Shown: positions 1 through 34,843 of the stretch, in pieces
Layout of the letters: each line of letters begins with the position of its first letter
Position numbering within the stretch: position 1 is the stretch's first letter
From: Tubiluchus corallicola
Taxonomy: Eukaryota; Animalia; Priapulida
Assembly: GCA_030141605.1 (NCBI GenBank)
Contig: JAQGDQ010000794.1
Span: 1 to 64,000, forward strand
DNA length: 64,000 bases
Direction of reading: 5' to 3'
Program-made: the position numbers and the translations under genes
Notes under the pieces: generated by a model
Database searches by the model: none
What the model was told of the DNA's origin: nothing
What the model saw: the letters and a program-made list of their open reading frames with translations, nothing else

Positions 1-23
1 TATTTATATTACAGTAAAGACCA

Positions 24-786
24 AGCGGGGTAAAAAATTACCCCGTGAAAATTTTTGTTTAATACGTGTTACTAAGTCGATAGAATGACCAACTAGCAAT
101 CAAGGTGCTCCTGGAAGGGCAAAATCAAGTTCTGGGTCAAGTTGTCTTAGATATCTGAGAGTAGGAAGGATAAAAAGAGGTGTTCCACCACTGCACTATA
201 TTGTTTGTGTTATATAATTTTTGCGTGTTTTAGCAAGTCTTGTGACATAATAAACTGATGATATTCACTGTTTAATTCTGAGGCATCCACTTCGTCTTCA
301 CTTGCTGGATCTTCAAAAAATGTATCTTCATCAGCTTCAAGCTTAGTCACCTGTATAGCAAAACTTCCCACCAAACGACTAAAATGAAGAAATGTTCACA
401 AAATTTAATATAAAATTTCTTCAGCAGATCAAATGACTTTGCAGAATTGCAGGCTGAATTTGAGGTTTGCAAAACTTCTTACTTGTCAAGGTAAACACAT
501 GGTGTTGTCAGAAAGAAACATAATGTAAAATAAATTCAAAATTTTGCCTACACAAAATACCAAACAGGCTAATAACTTACCCCACATCAGGTAGTATCTA
601 GCACTCGGGCTTTGTAAAAAAGCATGAATAACAGTTATCAACAAAACCAAGGTACAGTTGCATAACAAACTGGCAAATATTTAATCACTACTAGTTTGAA
701 AATTTTTCGTTGTACTCATTAGTATAAAAATGTGAGCAAACACAGCGGGGATAACTTTTTACCCCGCCTTTGTAGGATAATGGTTA
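24..786. mobile_element. Possible non-autonomous DNA transposon remnant (piggyBac-like end) with subterminal inverted repeats
   Basis: gcggggtaaaaaattaccccg (24-45) is an imperfect inverted copy of cggggataactttttaccccgc (~746-767). The right side ends ...gtaggataatggTTAA (~786). The left terminus is not visible and may lie outside the window. Confidence 0.35.
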
Positions 787-1029
787 AACCCGTATTTCAG
801 GTTTCATATCCAGAATTTTCTAAATCCTGTGAGAAAGCAATCAGAAAGGAAGTTATAGGCAAGAAAAAAATAAGCGTGTTGTGGCCGTGTATAGCAGCAG
901 CATTGTCATACGGAAGCCTAGAAGAGACATTGCATTATTTTTCTAAAGCGCTCGAGAAAATCTGTGGCCCTCCAGATAATATCTCGAGCTGACCAATGAC
1001 CAGATGTAATTAGTTAATATTAGAGATGA

Positions 1030-1650
1030 AGTTATTACGGGATAACCTGGGTTGAGTCACACAAAAACTTTGAAGTTTTAATAGACTGCTTACCATTGAA
1101 TCTCATATCTGGGAAAAGATGAACAAAGCTAAGAAGATAGTGAGGATAATAACTAGAGCCTTTACCTCTTTGACCAATAGTATGTTCATCTGTCTGTACA
1201 AATTCCTCGCAAAGGACCATCTTTCGGAGTTTTCGAGCTCAATCTGGCACCCAATCAATGATCAAATACATCCATCAGCTGGAACAAGTACAAAGATATG
1301 CGACAAGAAAGTTTAGTGATTTGAGAGAATTATAGTATAGTATAGTGACCAGAAAAAGTTCTTTAAATTGTCAACACCAGCTTACTACAGACTGAGAGGC
1401 GACATGATAGAGGCTTATAAGAACTTAATAAATATAATTTATATGATAAAGATGTAAGTTAACGGTTGCAGTTGAGAGCGCAGGTGACCAGATTGATCAC
1501 AAGAAGCCATTCATTAGGCCATTCATCAGTTATGCAAGTTCAGGTCTAATAAGTGTATGGAACTGAATCGTTTTTCACACAGACTTGTAGATTCGGAAAG
1601 TTTACCTATTAATATCGTAGGCGTAGCAACTGTAAGCATGTAATTAAGAG
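1030..1650 (+). mobile_element. CR1-type LINE 3' ORF2 fragment (decayed)
   Basis: Frameshifted translation gives NKAKKIVRIITRAFTSLTNSMFICLYK..., RLRGDMIEAYK and ...RFSHRLV..SLP..IVGVATV. These match the C-terminal CR1 ORF2 pattern (KANxxxGxIxRxF...LYKxxVRPHLEY...RRLRGDMIExYK...WNxLP). Confidence 0.75.
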
Positions 1651-2245
1651 AAGAAAGATATATATAGCTAAATCACACGCGCACATGTGTGCACGCACGC
1701 ACGCACGCACGCATGAACACACATACATATGATGATAATGATAATAACCGAATTATACAAAAAATAATCAATTACAGCAAAAGATTCCATCAACTTAAAC
1801 TCCTCACGTAAAAGAAACGTCAAATGTTGCTTGTCAGGAGATGTTTATCGTAAGAAAAAGTTTCAATAATCATTGTTTATATAAAGTTAAACCACTATCA
1901 ATAGTTTTGTTGACACATTACTTTTTTATTCTTTTCTGCTATATTCGGAACAAACTTTTTCAGAAATTGTGACTAACTGCCTCTGTTTTCAGTAATGAAT
2001 AGATCGTTTTGCGTGCATTCTGTGATGAGTGATTTGCTCTATGTATTATAAACATTGTATTTAAAGGGAGCGTTAAAACGGTACATATATATATATATAT
2101 TTCAAAATACAAAAAAGTTACTCGGACACACGTTTGTGTTGTAAGAAGATTCTTTTTTTTTAGTTTTCTCAGGTTAAGTGACGTTTTTTGGTGGCTGACT
2201 ACAACTGAAGGTAATTTCGACTTCTGAAAATATTTTAATTTTTAG

Positions 2246-2677
2246 ATGAACAAATGAGATGCGACTGCAGTTTAATCTGGATTGTTGTGCCACCATGGTC
2301 CAATAACAGTCGTACCAGGGTTGACTGCGTGTGGCCTAAAAAGGTTACTAATGCTAAACTTGAAGATTTTGAGTGTGATATACCACCAAATATGACAACA
2401 ACAACGACGACAACAGAAATAAATACAGATGAAATTCCAAACTCGTCAATGTTATCTGTATCCAAAATCATACCAGGCATCATGGTTGGTATTCTGATCC
2501 TCTTAGGGTTATTGTAGTTTTTTGGGAAGGAAAAAATAAAAGCAGGATAATGCGACTGGAGAGCCGCAAAATGCAACTGAAGAAACAAAAGAACCAGAAA
2601 CTGCAGAACCGGATAATCAGCAGGACACTGCCAAATCAGTTAATGCACATGATACAGTAGGCCGGTATACAGACTAA
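2246..2677 (+). pseudogene. Remnant terminal exon of an LRR-containing single-pass membrane protein (LRRCT cap, Thr-rich stalk, TM, cytoplasmic tail), disrupted
   Basis: RCDCSLIW...VDCVWP...LEDFEC is an LRRCT-type Cys pattern. It is followed by TTTTTTT and IIPGIMVGILILLGLL, then TAG at 2515-2517 within the TM. A plausible tail (KQDNATGEPQNATEE...GRYTD*) continues in another frame to 2677. Confidence 0.55.
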
Positions 2678-3399
2678 AGGATAAATAAATTTTTAGAATG
2701 CTGAGTCAGAATTTATTAATTTTTGTCAAAATGTTTGCAAGGAACCCTTGACATGCCTAAAGTGAAATTACGAACTGGCTGCTGATAATGTGAAAGTTTG
2801 CAAGCAAGACGTGACACTGACTTTGAAAGAAGTTGTTGTTGCTTCTTCTCTTTGCTTCAAGTACAATCTATTTCAGTATGAATGTGAACATGCTCGCTGT
2901 TGAAAGTTAGTAAATTAGTTTTAGTTACATAATATTTTGTTTAATTTCCCACACAAAAGCGTTATCTGTTACTGTTTATCTCAATACATTGTTATCGTTT
3001 TGAATTATGTGAATTTTTGCTGTTTGTTCTAAACCACCACGAGGTTTTGAAATTAATTGAATTGGAGCTAATTTCGTAGCGTGCATCTAGTAGCATGAAA
3101 TCGTTTTAGCTGCTTAAACAATGTAATCAGTAGACTTTATCACTGCTGACGCAGGTAAGTCAGGTGAGTAAGAAAGCCAGGCACTCCTGTTTACCAGCTC
3201 GGCTACCTAAATAACACGAGAAGCAACTTTGTGGTTCCCTCTAGTGGGGAAATAACAAAAAAATTAAGTAAGCAAATACATTATATGAACAATTTGCTCT
3301 ATACGCAGATGTCAGTAAGAATGCATTCTGGAAAATACGATTGGCACCATTTTGACGATAAGAGAAAGAGCGATATGAGAAAAAGAGAGAGTGAAATCG

Positions 3400-3471
3400 C
3401 AAGAGAGAGAGAGAAGGAAGGGAGCAGAAAGAGAAAATAAAGAAATGGAGGGAGGGAGGATGAAGACACAA

Positions 3472-3561
<90 letters not shown>

Positions 3562-3663
3562 CGGGAGAGAGAGAGAGAGAAAGAGAGAAAGAGAAAGAGA
3601 GAGAAAGAGAGAGAGAGAGAGAAAGTGAGAGAGAGAAGAGTGAGAGAAGGGACAGAGAGAGTG

Positions 3664-3700
<37 letters not shown>
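3400..3700. repeat. (GA)n microsatellite, imperfect
   Basis: Direct inspection; it explains the RERE/SLSL ORFs. Confidence 0.95.
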
Positions 3701-3703
<3 letters not shown>

Positions 3704-4033
3704 AGATTTAACTATATAACAATCTACGCTAATGACGTCTAATTACTGAAGAAAAGTTTACATCACTATTTAAAATGTTCTTGCATAAAAATTTTTTACT
3801 CTTATTCAACCTGACGTATAAACTGTATGCACATTTTATGAGAATCACATCAAAATAAATAATAAAAAGTCTAGTAGAAATCTGGCGCTCATATCATATG
3901 AAAAGTTAAACAGCTTCAGTGTTGATACATTATATGCAACCTTGAGTTTACTAAAATTGTAAGAATAAAAATGTCTCCAAGTGGACATACAATAAAAAGT
4001 AGTGCAGTAAGTATTAAACAATTATCTCTTCAC

Positions 4034-4082
<49 letters not shown>

Positions 4083-4329
4083 TGAGAGAGGTGGCAAGGT
4101 ACACAGTGTTCTAAACGACATGTCTTGGAAGATGGGCAGAAAGAAATGGTTGGCTTTCCTAGATAGATTTTTTTCATATTCTTGAATGCCAACGCTACCG
4201 CAATTCCGACAATTTGTCTCAACAGTTTAAAAAAAACAAAATTCTGTCGTGCTAATTAATTTAGAGAAAACAGATTACAGAACTACTACAACCTCGCCTT
4301 AGTGTTTTTACTGTTAGAAGATTATATAG

Positions 4330-4830
4330 ACAAGATAATCAGGTAAACTGCGCCAAATAAATTTTAAAAATCGGAAGGGAAACATAAAGGGAGAGGAAAG
4401 GGGACTTTAAATTAATTCGCAAGGAATTTTCCAAAAGAAGTTATAGTAGTTAGTATTACGCTTTTTGTTTGAAAGACTTATGCAATTGGAAAAAATAAAT
4501 TAATAATTTCAAAGTTCACGCTAACTAGTAAAACGTCATTGACTCACCTTCCCATTGTGCACTCCTGGTTCACTACAGAGCATATCATTGATCTCACTGA
4601 CAATATGAATTAAACTTTTACTTAGTTAGTGAAGTGTTGACTACATGTTTCCAACGACATGTCGTCAAAATGCCTGCGCCTAACCGGTCATCGCGGGAGT
4701 TTAAATTTACAAGTTTTATACAACGTTACTGCTAACGCAAGCCCTGTGTGCAATAATGTAATAAGTAGGTGATTTCAAGACGAATTTTTTAAGTTCTATT
4801 TATGAAAAGTGTTTTGTAATGCTTTGAGTC
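4330..4830 (-). mobile_element. Diverged reverse copy of TTAA-flanked MITE family A
   Basis: The reverse complement of ~4660-4712 (cttgtaaatttaaactcccgcgatgaccggttaggcgcaggcattttgac) matches 26190-26240 in the full-length copy. Confidence 0.6.
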
Positions 4831-5169
4831 AAGTTACCTGTCAAATGATGTTGTCTCAGGCTTCGTATTATAAAGAATCATGTGTGTTAGTTACTTCCTC
4901 AGGTGTTGACACGGTGACTTTGTTGACACATCCTCCACAGATTGGACTAATTTTGCTCAAAATGTCTGTTTACTAATATCTTCTTATCGCTTAATCAGTT
5001 TACCTCCAAAGTCTATGCATATTTTAATGTCGTAGTGGTCAGGAACTATGACGGAGGTTACACGTGGCTCTATAGTATCATTTTAGTACGTTCACACCTG
5101 ATCATTTTGCGGAATAGTTTGTCTTTGTAATAATTATTTCTTGTGAAAAGACCGCAAAGCATCACAATA

Positions 5170-25860
<20,691 letters not shown>

Positions 25861-26086
25861 CTTTGTCACGTCAGTAGCTGTGTTACTTACTTTGTGAAGT
25901 GTGTTTCTGACAAACAAATGTTTCTACATATCTCTGGGAAGTTCGCAGTAACTTCAAAGCCTTTCAACGCTTTTCCCAGACTTGGAGAAAACATTGATCT
26001 ACTTGGAAGTAACACTCTTCGACCTGGAACAGCGTACCATTGAAATGAATCAGCTGGCTTCCTTCCAAACGTCAGAAGCACAAGCG

Positions 26087-26677
26087 TTAAAGCACAAGAA
26101 AACCCTCCACTTACATAAACTTTAAAAAATTGAAATTTTATGCCACTTACCTGCTGCCTTTTGCGTGCGGGCTTTAATGCTGTATAAAACTTGTGAATTT
26201 AAACTCCCACGATGACCGTTAGACGCGGCCATTTTGACAATAAGACATTTGAAACTAGTTTAGATAACATTGAGTAACTTTTGAAAAAATAATCAGAGCA
26301 TTCGTAGCGCACACGTCACTAACTAAATAAAATTTTGAATTACTGTATCTTGTCAATGAAATTAAAAATACGTTTTTGATTAGTAAGTGGTGCACCCTGG
26401 AGGGTAAATCAGCGACATTTTACCAATTGGTAAAATCATCTTAAATAATTAATAATTTTCTTTTTTAGTTACATAGGCCTTTTAAGTAGGTAAGCGAAAT
26501 GCTAAATAACATAACCTAACGCGGAAATTTTTTGTGACATATTTTAACATTTCCTTTTCTTCCTGTGATTTACGTTCGCGTATGTGACGTCACGTAATGG
26601 CGCCGACGGAACAGTTTTGCGGAGATTTGGCGATTTTTCTGAAACTTACTTCAGGTGTCCCTTTTCTTGTCCTTTAA
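26087..26677 (+). mobile_element. Full-length TTAA-flanked MITE family A (Kolobok-like), ~590 bp
   Basis: TTAAagcacaagaaaa ... ttttcttgtcctTTAA: terminal inverted repeat plus TTAA duplication. RR/YY termini with a TTAA TSD are typical of Kolobok. Confidence 0.8.
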
Positions 26678-26959
26678 GGCAGGTCTATTGTGAATTTTCT
26701 GACTTGAACTTCGACAAATGCGCCTTGATAAGCAGTTACGTAGAAATGTTGGTGAAAAGTATTTAGTCTTCTAGGAGATTCTTCTCGAAGCCAAAGATGC
26801 TAAAGCTTGTTACACAATGTTTGGCACAGCGATTTTGCTTTAGGGACTTAAGCTGAACATTTAAGCGATCAAACTTTAATTGTGCGATTTTAGTATTTAT
26901 AGTATTAGTCATGTATCCATCAGGTTTTCCCTGAAAGTAATCCAAAATGGTTAGTTTGT

Positions 26960-27538
26960 TTTCTCATTTTACCTCTTTCTAGTTATCACTTTTCATTTTA
27001 CCTCTTTCTAGTTACCTCTTTGTAATTATCTGTTGTAGCTACCTCTTTCTAATTACCTCTTTATAGCTACCTCTTCCTCAGTTTGCTCATTTTACCTCTT
27101 TCTAAGTACCTATTTGTAGTTATCTTTTTCTCATTTTACCCATTTTACCTCTTGCTAATTACCTCTTTCTCATTTTACCTCTTTCTAGTTACCTCTTCCT
27201 CATTTTACCTCTTTCTAGTTACCTCTTTGTAATTATCTCTTTGTAGTTTCCTCTTTCTCACTTTACCTCTTTCTAATTACCTCTTTGTAGCTACCTCTTT
27301 CTCAGTTTGCTCATTTTACCTCTTTCTAATTACCTATTTGTAGTTATCTTTTTCTCATTTTACCCATTTTACCTCTTTCTAATTACCTCTTTCTCATTTT
27401 ACCTCTTTCTCATTTCACCCATTTTACCTCTTTCTAATTACCTCTTTGTAGTTACCTCTTTCTCATTTCACCCATTTTACCTCTTTCTAATTACCTCTTC
27501 CTCATTTTACTCTTTTTACCTCTTTTAATTACTTTTGT

Positions 27539-27585
<47 letters not shown>

Positions 27586-28090
27586 CTTTGTCTCAGTTTG
27601 CTCATTTTACCTCTTTCTAATTACCTTTTGTAGTTATCTTTTTTCATTTTCCATTTTACCTCTTTCTATTACTTTTTTTTTTTTTTTTTTACCCATTTTA
27701 CCTCTTTCTAATTACCTCTTTGTAGTTACCGCTTTCTCATTTTACCCATTTTACCTTTTTCTAATTACCTATTTGTAGTTATCTTTTTCTCATTTTACCC
27801 ATTTTACCTCTTTCCAATTACCTCTTTCTCATTTTTCTCATTTTACCTCTTTCTAATTACCTCTTTCTCATTTTACCCATTTTACCTCTTTCTAATTACC
27901 TTTTTGTACCTACCTCTTTTTCATTTTTCTCATTTTACCTCTTTCTAGTTACCTCTTTTTCATTTTTCTCATTTTACGTCTTTCTAATTACCTCTTTTTC
28001 ATTTTTCTCATTTTACCCATTTTACCTCTTTCTAATTACCTTTTTGAACCTACCTCTTTTTCATTTTTCTCATTTTACCTCTTTCTCTCA
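26960..28090. repeat. Pyrimidine-rich degenerate minisatellite (cattttacctctttctaattacctct variants)
   Basis: Direct inspection; includes a long poly-T run at ~27540-27585. Confidence 0.9.
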
Positions 28091-28789
28091 CATTACTTCA
28101 TTCTAGTTAGCTATTCCCGCTGCATATTCTCGACAATTTCTTTGCAATAGACGTGTTACGTAAACTTGCCGTTTAAACAACATGTTATGGTTTTCTAAAT
28201 ATGGAGACTGCTTTAGGGTGGTTAATCAACTTAATTTGTTGATATAGAAATGGTATTCTTACGCAGTGTTTAAAAACAAAAGCCAATAGGTGTCAGACGG
28301 AAGTTAGGTGATAATACTGACTGGATGATAATGTGGCGACATCTAGAATCAAAGAACGATAAATTTGCTTTAGAAATTTGTGATGATCTTTCACTGCAAA
28401 GAATATAAGGGAGGCATTCGGTTCAAATACGTACTGATCGCTTTATATATTTGCAACTAGGAATTTTTATGGATACGAGTTTTGTGTTAAAATATATTCT
28501 TATTGCAAGATATACGTTCTTATTGTACATCTATCGTTAATAATCATACAGCTTGTTGTTGATAGGGCGTAGGTATACTTTTTGGTCTATGAAATTTTAT
28601 TATAACCATCTCTGTAAATGATTGTACATATTAATTATTTACAATAAAAATTACAAACAACTACAAGTAGCTTGCTTTGCATAATTTTATATTTTATATA
28701 GTAATGTGTTCGTTATTGGAAAAAGTTAAATAGATGCTTTTTAGTTAGATAGATGGATAGATTAGTTTTTTGTCCCTTCAGCCTCTCTA

Positions 28790-29030
28790 CATTAGACATC
28801 AATGAGCTGACGTGATTCTTACTTACCAGTTGCTCCATGACCTTGTTGATTATGACTGCAGACGTCTTTTTGTGTTGTCTAATGATACAAGGCTTCGTGG
28901 ACATAATTTAAAGTTTAGAAAATCACAAGTTGGACTCAACTTGCGTTTGTACAGTTTTGCGTGTCAAGTAATAAATGTACGAAACTCTGCCATTTGAAGT
29001 CGTAAATACCCCTAACTTAACTACAGTGAA
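28790..29030 (+). mobile_element. CR1-type LINE 3' fragment
   Basis: DVILTYQLLHDLVD...LF..SNDTRLRGHNLKFRK...LNLRLYSF..QVINV.NS. Confidence 0.75.
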
Positions 29031-30104
29031 AGAACTTTTCATTAATCGCCACTGAAAGCTTTCAACGTCATCTCATTGCGTCACTATAACGTCTGACGTC
29101 ATCTCATTGCGTCACTAAAACGGCGCAACTGATTAACGTACGCGAAGATTGAAATTTATTCTAATTTATGCTAAGTAGCTGCTTTTGTTCATGCCTTAGA
29201 TGAGGCCTATTAACTGGCATTAGGGAGGCTATCAGTTCTAAGCGAAAACGAGTAAATTTCGCAAAGAAAATTTGCCAGTGGCATTAAAAAGCATTTGTAA
29301 AGCAATTACCTGTCGGAATTATTTAACCCTTGCTTTCCAAAATTGTAGGACTTTTCAGTTTATCAGTTTTACTTGTTTACTGCTTTAGTACTGATTAATA
29401 ATCAGTGATTATGTTCAATTTCATCAAGTCAATTCTTTAAAATATTCTGTTTCTCTCTTATAATGCATTTGTCGCCTTGATGGCAGTTTTTTTACGTGAC
29501 AGTAAGAGTGACTCGCATCACGTTACCATGTCTCTTCATTTGTCGCCTTGATGGCTGTTTTTTCGTTACTATCACATCATTTTATGTGACACGCTGATGA
29601 TAGTACTTTCCATCACTGTTACTCGATGAATCTGTAATGTGATCTTTATCGCTCTACTACAATCTCATTTCATATGGAATCTATCACTGCATTTTTTCAT
29701 GAACCAGTAATGTTAATTTCCATCATTTGTTCATCCTTTTCCGAAATATGGGGAATAATGGCTGAATGTTTCTTCTATGAAAATAATTGCTATTATGACA
29801 CACAACCTTGTATATAGTCAAGCAGTTATTTTGACTATAGGCATCAAGTTTGCCACCTTGCATAATTAAAATCTTGTATATAGTCAAGCGTTTAATATTA
29901 ACTATAGGCATCAAGTTTGCCACCTTGCATAATTTAAAGATGTTGCCTAATATCGTAACCATGGCTGTCCATGTATAGATAACGTTTGAATATACAATCA
30001 ATTAAATATGGCTGAAATATGTGTCGCCATGTTGTTAAAAATTAGCTTCCCACCACCTGGTCACTATCGGCATGGGAGGGGGTCAATTCTATTATGAGCA
30101 CTTT

Positions 30105-30445
30105 TGATGCTTCGAATCATTAAAATGTTTTGAGCGTACTTTGAACAATTACGCTTCTTAATTAAAGAACCATTGGTGCTTCAAATCTTTACAATGTTTT
30201 GAGCGTACTTTGAACAATTACGCTTCTTAATTAAGGCAACATTGGTGCTTCAAATCATTAAAATGTTTTGAGCGTACTTTGAACAATTACGCTTCTTAAT
30301 TAAAGAACCATTGGTGCTTCAAATCTTTACAATGTTTTGAGCGTACTTTGAACAATTACGCTTCTTAATTAAAGAACCATTGGTGCTTCAAATCTTTACA
30401 ATGTTTTGAGCGTACTTTGAACAATTGCGCTTCTTAATTAAAGCA
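30105..30445. repeat. 69-bp tandem repeat, ~5 copies
   Basis: Unit tgcttcaaatctttacaatgttttgagcgtactttgaacaattacgcttcttaattaaagaaccattgg. Confidence 0.95.
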
Positions 30446-31699
30446 CCAGAAATAGAAATTATTATTAATGATTATTGTTTTCAATCCCCCTCCCCCTGCT
30501 CTTCAGAAAATTCCTCCTCATCGGCTCGGTAACTGCCGCCTCACAAACATCCAGCATCATCAGCATCGTGGTCTCTCTATCTTATAAATAGTTAGTTTTT
30601 ATGCTCAACTTGTATACGATACAGTGCAACTAACTTAACATACTGTAGCTTATACAATATACTGCAGTTTTTAGAATACTGCAGCTTATAGGATATGTAA
30701 CAATTAATAGAATATATTACAGTTTGTATGATATATTGCAGATTCTAAAAATACATCGTCTTATAGGGGATACGTTAACATTTAATAGAATATATTATAG
30801 TTTGTATGATATATTGTAGTTTGTTGAAGGTTGCAGTTTCTAGAAATATCGCAGCTTATGGGATTGTTATAATTAATAGAATATACTGCAGCAGCTGTGA
30901 TGCATTGCAGTTAACAGAATCTTGCAGCATATATTGCACTTTAGAATACAATGCATTGCAGAAAATTTGTGTTGAATGTCAACTTTAAATATTATGCTAA
31001 ATATGTAAGCACTTTTATATTGACTCTATCTTTAATGTTAAAATCCGAGAAAAACTGCAATGTATTCCGCTGATGATGCTGAAGTTCTAAATTGCAAATA
31101 GCAATTAACGTTCAAATTGAAACGTAATTCTCCAAACCTCCCGAGAGAAATTTGGGTCATCTTGCACTGGCTTTTGACTTGGCACATCCTCCCAGTACAA
31201 AGCTGTCTTGCATAGGCTTTTGACTTGCCAACATTGAAATAAATATTTTTGGTTATAACCTCCAAAGAGAAACTGCGTTGAATCAGTTTTAGCTTGTTGC
31301 TGACATTAAAATGAATATTTTTGCTCATAATAGGAGAAGTTGTCTTGAATCAGCTTTAACTTGTTCTCAATATTACAATGAATATTTTTGAACATCAAAG
31401 AAATGTTCAGTTGGAAATATTTGGAACGTTTTGAACATTTTTTACATATATTTTAATGAACATAATAATGATCGTAACAAAAATACGGAGTCCTCCATGG
31501 GTCCAGTTACCGAGCCTTCATAAGTACATAATATAGCAGCTTAACTCGTAGTATAACCACTGCTATAACTCATATTGTGACCATTACATTCATGAAACAA
31601 TACATTTGATTTATCTTGATATTGTGCTCAAATATGAATAAATTATCCTGAAACGATTATTATGTAAATACAGAATTTTTTTAATATTGGATGATGATA

Positions 31700-32395
31700 C
31701 AAACTGGAGTTTTTTGACTTGATATTCTTTTTCTCCATTGTAAATAAATTGCTTGATGAAATGATATGACTTGTTCTTAAAATGTCATTCGCTAGAAATG
31801 TAAATTGGAGTTTTTTGACTTGATATTCTTTTTCTCCAATGTAAATAAATTGCTTGATGAAATGATACGACTTGTTCTTAAAATGTTCTCTAGAAATGTA
31901 AATTGGAGTTTTCTGACTGGATATTCTTTTTCTCCATTGTAAATAAATTGCTTGATAAAATGGTATGACTTGTCCTTAAAATGTTATTCTCTAGAAATGT
32001 AAATTGAAGTTTTTGACTTGATATTCTTTTTCTCCATTGTAAATAAATTGCTTGATAAAATGATCACGTGACTGTTCTGAAAATGATATTACGCTGAAAT
32101 GTAAATTGGAGTTTTTTGACTTGATATTCTTTTTCACCATTGTAAATACATTTCTTGATGAAATGATATGACTGTTCTTAAAATGATGTTGCGCTAGAAT
32201 GTATATTGGAGTTTTTTTACTTGATATTCTCTTTCTCCAATGTAAATAAATTGCTTGATTACTGTTCCCAAGTTGTTGTAAATAAATTACTCGATGACTG
32301 TTCTATGATGTTGTAAATAAATTGCTTGATATTATTTGTTTTTGACTTGGTATTATTTTTCTCCAATGTAAATAAATTGCTTTATGAAATGATTT
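31700..32395. repeat. ~100-bp tandem repeat, ~6 decaying copies
   Basis: Unit ggagttttttgacttgatattctttttctccattgtaaataaattgcttgatgaaatgatatgacttgttcttaaaatg...ctagaaatgtaaatt. Confidence 0.9.
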
Positions 32396-34055
32396 AAGTG
32401 AAACGGAAAGTTGAAATCGGGCATTATTCTACGTTGTGGTGAAAGTTTATAGCTTAAGAATTAAGAATTAATATAAATAAATAAACTCTCTAAGATGAGA
32501 TGCCGAATCTAGCAGAAATATAATAGCTTTGCTCGGAGTGGGACAGCTCTTTTATTGACAAAGTAAAATTTATCGAGGGTAGTATAGCGCATGAAATCTC
32601 AAAGAAATAGTTTTCCTTTCACGTCACTCATCCATTTACTGACCAAGCTTCGCATTGCCTAATTTGAGTACTAGATGCCATAGCTAAAGCAAGAGTACCT
32701 CGTGACTGATGGCTAACTGAGCACTTAAAAATGATAAGTGAACCTAAATTCACGTTTATAACATTTGCTACGTAAAATACAAGGATACTTGTTGTACTGC
32801 TCATGCGCAGTATCAGCTGCTGGATCATAATGATGTAAGAAGGAGAGTACAGACATTCTTGCACGTGCTCTTATTGTCGTGCTGCCCTCTGTTAGCGGTA
32901 AATATAGTTAATAAAACAAAAATTCATTTCCTGACATTCAGGGCCTTTTGCGCTTCAGTTGAAGTAATATTTTTGGAAACTACGCGTGACAACATTCTCA
33001 TGTTTTAGTTTCTTTATAAAAATTACGAAAAACTTATCCAATGAAAAATGAAATATATAGATAAATAAAATAATTCACTGTATGCTTTACCTTAGGAGTA
33101 CTGATACAATATTTTTATAAAAAAAGAAACACATTTAGCGTAAACAATCAACATAACAATGTACTTCTTATTTCCAAAAATGATACATAAAATTTTAAAC
33201 TATAACAAAAACAAGCAGGACATGTATCACAAATTTTGAGTCAAATTCTCTGCAGAATTTTGACTTCAACCTATGCATTTAAAACTTGCTACCGCTTCAC
33301 CTGATAAATAGGTTTTCTTTGACCTCTAATTTGACAATTTTCTGGTTTTAATGAGAGAATTACAGGTGTGCCAACATAAGAGCGGATGCTCTCCTTCTCA
33401 ATGACTTCTCGTGGAAGCGGCTTTTTGGTAGGAGCACTTCCGGTATTCTGTCCGGAGGCATAGAGTACATGGAGTAAATACTGCTCCGGAGAAGCATGTG
33501 TTCTTTATAAAGCTTTGCAGCTCTTGCTTTCTGGTCTGCTATGAAGATAACACATGGCCTTGAGTTCGTCCCTAGTATGGAAACAGATCATGGAAAAAGT
33601 TCAAAAATCTGTATTTTTTGCGTTTATGTGCTGAAGAGAAAAGTTATGTCATCGTTGTGAAATAAAAGTAAAAAAACAATCATAAAAGCCAAACAACATG
33701 ACATACACTGTATGCAGTTGTCAAATTCTTAATGTAGTAACTTAGCAAGGATAGACGCAAAGTTGCGCAATTTAGAGAATAATCATACGAATTCTATGAA
33801 CGCACACAAAACGTAGCAAACTCTTTACAACCCTAAGTCACCTTACCCAGTTCAATATCCGTCCAACATATTGATTTGTAATAAATACTCAAACATTTGA
33901 CTTTGGCAATTTCTACTCGGAAATCCTAACCTGCACGTTTTTGTGTTGCAGCAGAATGAGCCAATTGTATGTGCCATTGTTATGTCCCACTCTTTGCGTA
34001 TTGTATGTTTAAACATGACGTAAAATGGAAACAACAGCCTGCAATTTAAACGCCC

Positions 34056-34062
34056 TATATAA
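34056..34062 (+). promoter_or_regulatory. Candidate TATA box upstream of the lectin-EGF gene
   Basis: TATATAA ~140 nt upstream of the signal-peptide ATG at 34197. Weak evidence in AT-rich DNA. Confidence 0.3.
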
Positions 34063-34324
34063 TGTCCTCAAAATAATCTTTTACGTAACTGCGCGCATAC
34101 AAGCTACGAATGCAGTCTAATATCATGTAAAATATTTTGAGAAGCGCATTTGTCAAGAAGCATTATTAATATCGCTGCAGTCACTGTGACAAAATCATGT
34201 ATAATTACATGCTTTCTGTTACGTTAGGAATATTTCTGATTTGGACAAAAGTTTTCGCAAGTTTTACACCAGGTATGGTTTTTAGAAGTTTACAATTCCC
34301 AACTGAATTTCCCCATAATTCCCT

Positions 34325-34565
34325 GACCCTAACCCCTAGCCCTAGTGCTAACCCTAAACACTAACCCTACTCTAACCTTAAGCCCTAACCCTAGTCTTAC
34401 CCTAAACCCTAACCCTACTCTAACACTAAACCCTAAACCTTCTGTAAAATTGAACCCTAACACTAGTGCTAACCCTAAACTCTAATCCTGCTCTATCCCT
34501 AGACCCTAACACTATTGCTAACCCTAAACCCTAACCCTACTCTAACCCTATACCCTAACCCTAAT
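34325..34565. repeat. Degenerate telomere-like (CCCTAA) tract, interstitial
   Basis: ccctaaccctagccctagtgctaaccctaaacactaaccct... with a 6-bp period. Confidence 0.8.
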
Positions 34566-34619
34566 TCACAAACCAAAAACATTGAAATGTCTAAAAGACA
34601 CTGGATAACGATGTATTAT

Positions 34620-34620
34620 T

Positions 34621-34660
<40 letters not shown>

Positions 34661-34843
34661 CCATCACCACCACCATCATCACCATCACCACCACCATCAT
34701 CACCATCACCATCACCACCGCCATCATCACCATCACCATCAATCACCATCACCATCAATCACCATCACCATCATCACCATCACCATCATCAATCACCATC
34801 ATCACCACCACCATCATCACCATCACCACCACCACCACCACCA
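34620..34843. repeat. (CAT/CAC)n microsatellite
   Basis: Direct inspection; it explains the poly-His ORF. Confidence 0.95.

Noticed and set aside
27538-27590. Long poly-T run as retrocopy tail
   Set aside because: Embedded in a pyrimidine minisatellite and resembles low-quality consensus sequence; no adjacent retroposed body.
33360-33600. GC-richer, exon-like segment on the minus strand
   Set aside because: No frame gives a motif I can recognise with confidence; possibly a transposase relic.
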